The position numbers were made by a program, and so were the translations under genes. From Bacteroidota bacterium (GTDB lineage: Bacteria > Bacteroidota > Rhodothermia > Rhodothermales > JAAAOL01), in contig JAAAOL010000401.1 in assembly GCA_009908885.1 (NCBI GenBank), forward strand, positions 1 to 32,624: 32,624 nt of DNA, written 5' to 3'. The notes beneath the pieces were generated by a model. The model was not told the origin of the DNA. It did no database searches and worked only from the letters and a program-made list of their open reading frames with translations. Of this stretch, positions 26,616 through 32,624 are shown piece by piece. Within the stretch, counting starts at the first letter, position 1. The number at the start of each line of letters is the position of its first letter.

Positions 26616-26689
26616 CTTCGGGGCTGACGCTCCAGATCGCGGACTTGCTTACCCCCGGCTCGCGCCGAGGACTATTCCTGCGCCGGGCC
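26616..26689. repeat. Loose member(s) of the dispersed GC-rich motif family
   Basis: CTTCGGGGCTGACGC (26616-26630) and CCCCCGGCTCGCGCCGAGGACTATTCCTGCGCCGGGCC (26652-26689) resemble the 28-70 and 4450-4494 motifs. Confidence 0.4.
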
Positions 26690-26971
26690 TTCGGCCCTCA
26701 AGAGCCGATCTAAAAAGACGTTTCAGAAGTGGCTTGGGCGTCTCGTCCAAAAGTCTCAGCGGCGTCTTGACACCGGGTAAGACCTTTCCACGGCTGGAAC
26801 GGTCGCGGTACTCACGCGCACGATACCCTTGCCACTTTCATGCGGACCGTTAGGTTTTTGCGCTCACCGCAGTCACCACCATCTCCCGGCGGCCAGATCG
26901 CCAGTTGGAAGGAACCTGTGGTTCGCCGCCTCTTTCTTGGAGCTTGGGACTTTGCTTCTTCATAGCTTACG

Positions 26972-28102
26972 TCACTTCATCCCAAACATCGCTTCCTTGA
27001 CATCAAGATAGTCGAAGTAGTGCTCCTGCGAAACGTCCGGCGGGCAGCGGTGGTCGCAATGCGGAATGAAGCCACCTCTCTCCACGTACGGCGCCAGCGA
27101 GTCCAGCCAGGCCTTGATCGCATCCGGGCCCTTGGCGAGTCTGGTTTTGTCAACGCCGCCCATAATCCGAAGGTCCTTGCCGTACGTCTCCAGCGTCTCG
27201 CCCGGGTGGCCGCTGCCGTTGACCTCCCAGGGGAACATGGTGTTCAGGCCGGCCTCCATGAAGTAGGGGATCATCGCACGGACGTCGCCATCGCAGTCGG
27301 TGTACCAGATGTCGATGCCGGCGGCCTGGAGCTTGGCGCCGATTCGCTTGTAGCGCGGCACGACGACGCTTCTGAAGAAGTCCATCGACACCAGCGGGCC
27401 TGTGTTGCACGCGATGTCCTCCCAGCCGCTGGCGAAGTCGAAGTCGAAGTGTGGCAGCAACTGGTCCAGCGAGTGTTCGATGAGCTGGCAGGTCGTCTCG
27501 ACCATATCCTCGACCATGCCGGGGTAGTCAAACACCGCGTAGGCCAGGCCCTCGACCGTCAGCAGGTCGCGGATCTTGCCGATCAGCGACCCGCAGCCCA
27601 CGCCCAGCGGATAGTCGCGATCCTCCGGGTGATCGGCCTTGATTGTCTCGATGTCCAGCACGCGGGCGGGGTGGTCGACCCGCATCCGCTCGGCCTTGAC
27701 CTCGGCCCAGTCCTCCGGCGTCTTGACAGAGGAGTCCGTGAAGTGCGGGATCGTGCTGTGGCCGTCCTTGGGCACCTCACCAACAAGTCCCTCACTGTTG
27801 CGAATGAACTTGGTCGTCCCGGTCTCTTCGATGACCTGCTGCTCGAAGTGCGGGTGCAGCCACCAGTTCCCGCCAATCGCGGCCACGCGATCGAAATTGA
27901 AGAACCGGTCCGCCTGGGCGTTGTTGGTGACGCCGCCCTCGCGGAAGACCTCCCACTGCTCGAAGTTCTCCTGCCAGTAGCCAAACTCCATGTTGAAGCA
28001 GCGGTCGACCGGCTGGTAGTGCATCTGGGCGTTGAAACGCTCACGGTCGGTCATCGTGCCGGCCCACTTCTCGCGACAGGGGGTGATCTCCTGGTCTGCC
28101 AT
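26972..28102 (-). CDS. Uroporphyrinogen decarboxylase (URO-D) family protein, non-heme context
   Basis: 376 aa. The start was trimmed to MADQEIT (ATG at 28102), with an AGGAG SD 7 nt upstream. The overall URO-D/MtaA-like TIM-barrel pattern is present (…GVGCGSLIGKIRDLL…, …DIWYTDCDGDVRAMIPYFMEAGLNTMFPWE…, …GGFIPHCDHRCPPD…). Confidence 0.65.
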   Translation of the reverse strand: MADQEITPCREKWAGTMTDRERFNAQMHYQPVDRCFNMEFGYWQENFEQWEVFREGGVTNNAQADRFFNFDRVAAIGGNWWLHPHFEQQVIEETGTTKFIRNSEGLVGEVPKDGHSTIPHFTDSSVKTPEDWAEVKAERMRVDHPARVLDIETIKADHPEDRDYPLGVGCGSLIGKIRDLLTVEGLAYAVFDYPGMVEDMVETTCQLIEHSLDQLLPHFDFDFASGWEDIACNTGPLVSMDFFRSVVVPRYKRIGAKLQAAGIDIWYTDCDGDVRAMIPYFMEAGLNTMFPWEVNGSGHPGETLETYGKDLRIMGGVDKTRLAKGPDAIKAWLDSLAPYVERGGFIPHCDHRCPPDVSQEHYFDYLDVKEAMFGMK

Positions 28103-28232
28103 GCTTTGACTCCTATTCATGTCTGTAAGTAAGACGAGAAGAGCACGCTACGTGTGCAACGAACGGCTTACTGCCATCAAGTATCCGCCAGACGCTGGAT
28201 CTACGCAATGGACGGCAGTGCTCGCAGCATGT

Positions 28233-29054
28233 ATGATAGTAAGAATGATACGCAATCAACCGACACCGATCTCAGCCAGCGACGCCCGTCCGGTCGTCCA
28301 CCATGCGAACTACATGGACGTCCGCCAGCCGCAGGCGTGGGGTCCGCGGACCATCGACGACATCGAGTTGATCCTCATCGTCCGCGGGCCGTTCGAGTAC
28401 GTTGACCCCGCCGGCCGGATCGAGCTGGCCTCGGGGCAGTTGCTGCTGATTCCTCCAGAGGTGCGTCACACCTTCAGCCGGCCGACGGGCGAGGGGCGAT
28501 GGACCTTCAGTTGCCTGCACTGCGAACTGCTACCGGACGCTCGCTGGGCCCGGGGCGACTACCGCCTCGACGTGCCGCCGCGCCGCGTCACCGACGTCAA
28601 TCAGGACGTCGTTCTGCGTGACCTGTTTCGCCACGTCGCCCGTGAATTTGCCGGCCGGGGCCAGCCGATCTCGCCGATAGCCGAGGCCCTCGCCCGCGCC
28701 ATCTGGGTGCGACTCAGCGACCACTGGACCGGCCGGAGGGGGCCCGTGCTCTCGCCGCGCATGCAGGCGATGACCGACTTTCTTCGCCGGCGGATGGCCG
28801 ACCCCGTCTCGCGGCGCGATCTGGCCGAGCGGTTCGACCTCACACCACAACACGTCAACCACCTGTTTCGCACGGAACTCGACACGACGCCGACGGCCTG
28901 GTTGAATCACCAGCGATGCCTCCAGGCCCGCCAGCTTATGAAGGTCGACGGCCTGAACTGTCGCCAGGCTGCACGGGCCGTCGGGTTCGCAGACCCGTAC
29001 TACTTCTCCAAGGTCTACAAACGCATTATGGGCACACCGCCCAGCCGCGGGTAG
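28233..29054 (+). CDS. AraC-family transcriptional regulator with N-terminal cupin sensor domain
   Basis: Cupin-like LLLIPPEVRHTF. The C-terminal double HTH is LAERFDLTPQHVNHLFRTELDTTPTAWLNHQRCLQARQLM…CRQAARAVGFADPYYFSKVYKRIMGTPPS. The start is uncertain (ATG at 28233 or 28245; the track start 28119 is unlikely). Confidence 0.8.
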   Translation: MIVRMIRNQPTPISASDARPVVHHANYMDVRQPQAWGPRTIDDIELILIVRGPFEYVDPAGRIELASGQLLLIPPEVRHTFSRPTGEGRWTFSCLHCELLPDARWARGDYRLDVPPRRVTDVNQDVVLRDLFRHVAREFAGRGQPISPIAEALARAIWVRLSDHWTGRRGPVLSPRMQAMTDFLRRRMADPVSRRDLAERFDLTPQHVNHLFRTELDTTPTAWLNHQRCLQARQLMKVDGLNCRQAARAVGFADPYYFSKVYKRIMGTPPSRG

Positions 29055-29129
29055 ATCCTTCCTTGTACCCCTCGCGGGGCAATGGCGGAATGACCCGACC
29101 CCTGTCAGTCAACACGAATGGAGTAAGGG

Positions 29130-29235
29130 ATGGCATTGCATCGGGCGAAGAGGCATTTGAGGCGCGCGGGGCTACTGGCGTTTGGTTTTCTGGGGTTGGC
29201 CGCGGCACGGGCCGCCGACGCTATGCCTCTGGCGA
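29130..29235 (+). pseudogene. Orphan 5' stub of a secreted-protein gene (signal peptide only)
   Basis: GGAG lies 6 nt upstream of the ATG at 29130. MALHRAKRHLRRAGLLAFGFLGLAAARAADA looks like a Sec signal peptide. The rest of the track ORF is the antisense of the ISL3 fragment. Confidence 0.3.
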
Positions 29236-29455
29236 TGAGCGACGCGTTTTTTGCGGAATGCATCGGGCCGTTCCTTGGCGATGACGTCGTTGAAGTTCTT
29301 CACCAGGTGGAAGCGGTCGTAGCAGATCGCCGCGTCGGGCAATTCCTCGCGGATGCACTCGACGTAGGTCCCGCTTCGGTCCACGCAGACCACTTGAATA
29401 TTGGCCTTCTGCTCATCTGACAGATTATCGAAGAATGCCTTCAGTTCGAAGGGCG
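29235..29455 (-). pseudogene. Internal fragment (~70 aa) of an ISL3-family DDE transposase
   Basis: FFDNLSDEQKANIQVVCVDRSGTYVECIREELPDAAICYDRFHLVKNFNDVI matches the ISL3 core (…V.mD…Y…..P.A.iv.DRFHvvk…). Both flanks of the ~400-aa enzyme are missing. The boundaries are approximate. Confidence 0.7.
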
Positions 29456-29473
29456 AGCAACTTGTTTGCTCGC
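29453..29473. repeat. REP-like palindrome GCGAGCAA-CTTGT-TTGCTCGC, upstream of the RAYT gene
   Basis: Perfect 8-bp arms. The same arm sequence recurs at 30061-30080. Confidence 0.8.
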
Positions 29474-29495
29474 GGAATCTTATGGTATTTGTTTC

Positions 29496-30052
29496 ATGAC
29501 GATTTATCGGCGGCGATACACGGGGCAGCATGTTTTCTTGACGGTGGTTACGGCCGGGCGTCGGAGATTGTTCGACTCCGAGACCGCGGGGACGCTTCTT
29601 CGTCAAGCGATGGACGCGACGTGCCTGGAGCGGCCCTGGCGGACGATGGCCATGGTCGGTCTTCCCGCCCATATGCGCATGCTTTGGGAACTTCCCGATG
29701 GTGAGACGGATTATTCAATTCAAAACGGGTCGCCATCTGGAAGAAACGCTTTACCCGCCCCTGGCTGGCCGACGGTGGGGCCGAGGCCCCTGTCCCGGTC
29801 GGGCAACGCCATCATCGCCTTCGGTGCGTCTGGCAGCGACGGTTCTGGGAGCATACCATTGGCGATGCACGCGATTACGCACTTCATCTTGATTACCTTC
29901 ACGCCAACCCGCTCAAGCATGGGTTGGTCGACCGGGCCATCGATTGGCCATGGTCAACGTTTGGCGAGTACGTTAAGAAAGGCGTCTACGAATCCGATTG
30001 GAGTGGCCGCGTTGACCTGCCCGGAAATGTCGAGTATGCTTGGTTGGAATAA
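29496..30052 (+). pseudogene. REP-associated tyrosine transposase (RAYT, IS200/IS605 Y1 superfamily), frameshifted
   Basis: Frame 0 reads MTIYRRRYTGQHVFLTVVTAGRRRLF…LPAHMRMLWELPDGETDYSIQ. After the A4 run at 29722-29725 the homology continues in another frame: KRVAIWKKRFT…WQRRFWEHTIGDARDYALHLDYLHANPLKHGLVDRAIDWPWSTFGEYVKKGVY…, with the stop at 30050-30052. Confidence 0.8.
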
Positions 30053-30060
30053 AAGTTTGC

Positions 30061-30080
30061 GCGAGCAACAAGTTGCTCGC
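30061..30080. repeat. REP-like palindrome GCGAGCAAC-AA-GTTGCTCGC, downstream of the RAYT gene
   Basis: Perfect 9-bp arms sharing the GCGAGCAA/TTGCTCGC core with 29453-29473. Confidence 0.8.
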
Positions 30081-30267
30081 TCTCTACGAACTAAACCGTA
30101 GCCAGCGAGACGGCGAAAGTCAACCGGCAAGGAACACCCGTCGATGGGAGCGGGATTGCATAGTATGAATGGTCGGTGTCGCGGCCGGCCCGGCTGGTCA
30201 TCGTCCATGCACTTTTGAGCCCGCATTGACACGGTACGCCCCGACGGTGTAGGTAGACTGGTTTCCC

Positions 30268-32109
30268 GTGACCACCCTGAACAACAACCAGCGTCCGCCG
30301 CACACCGTTGATCCGGTGACCGAGGTCGAGGGCAAAGGCGCGGCAACGCAGGAAGAGGAATACCGCGTCAACCCCGCCAAGGCACTGTGGCAATTCTTCC
30401 GCGGCGAGCGCGCGCGCCTGGGGCTGTCGCTGGTCCTGTTCGTCCTGAAGCACTCGCCGGTCTGGTTGATGCCGGTGTTCATCGGGCGGATCACCCATTC
30501 GATCGAGATCGGCGTTCTCCAGGGCGACTATGAGCGGGGCCTTCACAGCCTGCTGCTGAACCTGGTGCTGGTCTGCCTGATCATCGCCCAGAACATCCCC
30601 TCGCACATGGGCTTCATGGCCCTGTTCTCCCGGGCGAAGCGCAACATGGAGGCCTGCCTGCGCAGCGGGCTGGTCCGCCGCTTGCAGGAACTGAGCATCT
30701 CCTACCACGGGCAGATGCGCTCCGGGCGACTCCAGGCGAAGGTCCTCCGCGACGTCGAGTCCGTCGAGCGCCTCAGCCACATGCTCGTCAACGGCGTCGT
30801 TCCGGGGGTGCTGGGGGTGGGCTTCGCACTGATCTACACCTTCTCCAAACAGCCGTGGATCGGCTGGTTCTTCGTCGTGACGATTCCCGTCGTTGCGCTG
30901 CTGCGCAAGGTGTTTGTCTTCCGGATCCGCAAGCGCAACCGCGAGTTCCGCCGGAACGTCGAGATGATGTCCGGGCGGGTCTCGGAGATGATCGAGATGA
31001 TCCCTATCTCCCGGGCCCACGCCGTGGAGGGCGAGGAGATCCGACGGATGGACGACGAGCTGGAGCACGTCCGCAGCCGGGGCGTCAAGCTCGACATGAT
31101 CAACGCCTTCTTCGCCTGTGCGAACTGGGTGAGCTTCCAGGTGATCCGGATGGTGTGCCTGGCGGTGACGAGCTATATCGCCCTGGCCTACCCGGAGAAG
31201 ATGAGCATCTCGGACGTCGTGAAGTACTTCACCTTCTTCGAGGTGATCATCCGCTCGGTCCAGCAGGTGCTGAACGTCTACCCGATGCTGGCGAGGGGGT
31301 TCGAGTCCATTCACTCGATCTCCGAGGTGCTCGACTGCCCGGATCTCGAGCAGAACCGGGGCAAGCGAAAGGTCCGCGACATCATCGGCGAGTACGAATT
31401 CCAGGACGTCACCTTCCGCTACAAGGATGACGACGCCCCGGCGATCCAGGACTTCTCCCTGCACGTCAACCCGGGAGAGTCGATCGCCCTGGTCGGGGCA
31501 AGCGGGGCGGGCAAGAGCACGCTGATGAACCTTCTGATCGGCTTCCACCGCCCGACGGCCGGGAGGATCCTCCTGGACGGGCGGGACATGCAGAAGCTCG
31601 ACCTGCGGACCTACCGGAAGTTCCTGGCGGTGGTCCCGCAGGAGACGGTGCTGTTCAGCGGCTCGGTGCGGGAGAACATCGCCTTCGGTCTCCGCGAGGT
31701 GAGCGACGACCGCATCTGGGAAGCCCTGGAGATAGCCAACGCCTCGGACTTCGTCACCCGGCTGCCCGAGGGTCTCGACACCCCCATCGGCGAGCATGGC
31801 GGGTGGCTCTCCGGCGGGCAGAGGCAGCGCCTCTCGATCGCCCGGGCCATCATCCGCCGGCCGAAGGTCATCATCTTCGACGAGGCGACCTCCTCGCTGG
31901 ACGCGGTCGCCGAATCGCTCGTCCAGGACGCCATCGACCGCCTGATCGCCGAGAGGACGACCTTCGTCGTCGCCCACCGCCTCTCGACCATCCGGAAATG
32001 CGACCGCATCGTGGTGATGAAGGACGGCCGGTGCATCGAATCCGGCACGCACGAGGAGCTCATGGACCTCCAAGGCGAGTTCCACCGCCTCCAGACGCTG
32101 CAGTCCTGA
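30268..32109 (+). CDS. ABC transporter, fused permease/ATPase (ABCB/MsbA-type exporter)
   Basis: Six-TM exporter domain followed by an NBD: Walker A GASGAGKST, signature LSGGQRQRLSIARA, Walker B VIIFDEATSSLD and H-loop VAHRLST. The start is a GTG at 30268 with no SD, so the start is uncertain. Confidence 0.85.
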   Translation: MTTLNNNQRPPHTVDPVTEVEGKGAATQEEEYRVNPAKALWQFFRGERARLGLSLVLFVLKHSPVWLMPVFIGRITHSIEIGVLQGDYERGLHSLLLNLVLVCLIIAQNIPSHMGFMALFSRAKRNMEACLRSGLVRRLQELSISYHGQMRSGRLQAKVLRDVESVERLSHMLVNGVVPGVLGVGFALIYTFSKQPWIGWFFVVTIPVVALLRKVFVFRIRKRNREFRRNVEMMSGRVSEMIEMIPISRAHAVEGEEIRRMDDELEHVRSRGVKLDMINAFFACANWVSFQVIRMVCLAVTSYIALAYPEKMSISDVVKYFTFFEVIIRSVQQVLNVYPMLARGFESIHSISEVLDCPDLEQNRGKRKVRDIIGEYEFQDVTFRYKDDDAPAIQDFSLHVNPGESIALVGASGAGKSTLMNLLIGFHRPTAGRILLDGRDMQKLDLRTYRKFLAVVPQETVLFSGSVRENIAFGLREVSDDRIWEALEIANASDFVTRLPEGLDTPIGEHGGWLSGGQRQRLSIARAIIRRPKVIIFDEATSSLDAVAESLVQDAIDRLIAERTTFVVAHRLSTIRKCDRIVVMKDGRCIESGTHEELMDLQGEFHRLQTLQS

Positions 32110-32141
32110 AGCCCGGGGCCTGGGGCTTGCAAAAGCAGCAC

Positions 32142-32163
32142 AGAGCCGGCCTGCGGCCGGTCT
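32142..32163 (+). terminator. Candidate stem-loop after the ABC exporter
   Basis: AGAGCCGGCC-TGC-GGCCGGTCT (one bulged G). There is no U-tract. Confidence 0.3.
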
Positions 32164-32335
32164 CCGTTCAAGCCCCAAGCCTCAAGCCTGCCGTTCCCAA
32201 CCAGACCTGCCGTGACCGGTTGCACCCCTGCAGCCGATGGCATATCCTCCTTTCCAAGGCACATCTCTTCGAAAAAGGAGACAGCGATGGCTGTTAAAGG
32301 CTGTGTTAAAGGGGACTGGCTGGAATGGCACTTCC

Positions 32336-32624
32336 TTAAGCGGCCCATTGGCGTCTCCACTCGGTGCGGGTGATGCGTAAGCTGGGATAATGTTTTGGTT
32401 CATGTCGAACGGCCCGGGGTTCATGGCGGCCGGGGCGGAGGGGAACGTGGGCGGCGGCGATCTGCCGGAGCATGGCGTCATAGATATCCGGCAGTGTCCA
32501 CGGCGGAGCCGTTGCTAGGATCGGCGCAAAGCTTGGAATAGCCCGCACGGCCGCAACAAAGCTCAGCCGCATCGGATCCTTGCCGTGCTCGATGGCTGCT
32601 TCCAGCATGACCATGCGGATAATG
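32336..32624 (-). CDS. 3' end of an IS4-like DDE transposase; the 5' part lies beyond the window
   Basis: The reading frame stays open to the window edge. The tail …HVPLRPGRHEPRAVRHEPKHYPSLRITR resembles the R-P-G-R-x-x-P-R-x-V-K…Y-P-x-L tail I associate with IS4-family transposases. This assignment is from memory only. Confidence 0.45.
   Translation of the reverse strand, partial: IIRMVMLEAAIEHGKDPMRLSFVAAVRAIPSFAPILATAPPWTLPDIYDAMLRQIAAAHVPLRPGRHEPRAVRHEPKHYPSLRITRTEWRRQWAA

Noticed and set aside
28128-28244. AGTAAGA repeated at 28128-28134 and 28238-28244 in the URO-D/AraC control region, plus the ACTGCC…GGCAGT inverted motif (about 28168-28220), as AraC operators
   Set aside because: These are 7-nt matches 110 bp apart in AT-richer DNA and are expected by chance. 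One copy may overlap the AraC start codon. Footprinting or comparative data would be needed.
30226-30255. TTGACA-18-TAGGTA as the promoter of the ABC exporter
   Set aside because: The -10 is poor and the spacing is off-optimal. It is mentioned only as context in the exporter finding.
208-32178. Long antisense or alternate-frame ORFs, for example 208-1047(-), 1462-2370(-), 1638-3230(+), 2449-3963(-), 5333-6253(+), 7058-8098(-), 8222-9529(-), 12100-13578(-), 13705-14445(-), 15869-17011(-), 17012-18223(-), 20432-21376(-), 23249-24925(+), 25598-26566(-), 27020-28132(+), 30091-32178(-)
   Set aside because: Each overlaps a gene with clear family motifs on the other strand or frame. Their translations are Arg/Ala/Gly/Pro-rich low-complexity sequence typical of shadow ORFs in GC-rich DNA.

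Overview
32.6-kb high-GC bacterial chromosomal window (about two thirds G+C by eye, with one clearly AT-richer islet at ~9.7-10.4 kb). I can support about 25 protein genes. I found no rRNA, tRNA or cas genes. Contents, left to right:
- A class II fructose-bisphosphate aldolase and an SLC12-type cation-chloride cotransporter, bracketed by a 131-bp near-identical inverted repeat.
- A repeat-rich spacer.
- A two-gene SufC/SufBD-like Fe-S module and an ankyrin lipoprotein (minus strand).
- A 734-aa exported HEAT-repeat protein behind a near-consensus sigma70-type promoter.
- A low-GC pRiA4b-ORF3-like gene, a SAM methyltransferase, purN, and an isopropylmalate/homocitrate/Re-citrate-synthase-family gene.
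- A dcw fragment (murC-murB-ddl-ftsQ-like) that is not followed by ftsA/ftsZ, then a PH-domain membrane protein.
- A ~10-kb carbohydrate cluster: PMI-like cupin, GH57-like, a 924-aa clan-GH-A-like hydrolase with an N-terminal binding module, GH20-like, a URO-D-family enzyme and an AraC regulator.
- A mobile-element scrapyard: an orphan signal-peptide stub, an ISL3 transposase fragment, and a REP-flanked, frameshifted RAYT/IS200-like gene.
- An ABCB-type exporter, then the 3' end of an IS4-like transposase running off the window.
The gene content (FtsZ-less dcw remnant, many exported glycoside hydrolases) suggests a Planctomycetota/PVC-like organism, but that is inference only. I do not see a convincing novel defence-type system. 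The best leads are the URO-D/AraC-containing glycan cluster, the minimal SufCB-like pair with an extra C-terminal CxxC, the decaying REPtron nested in an IS remnant, and the repeat architecture around 1-4500. Most long antisense ORFs in the track are high-GC shadow ORFs and were not called.
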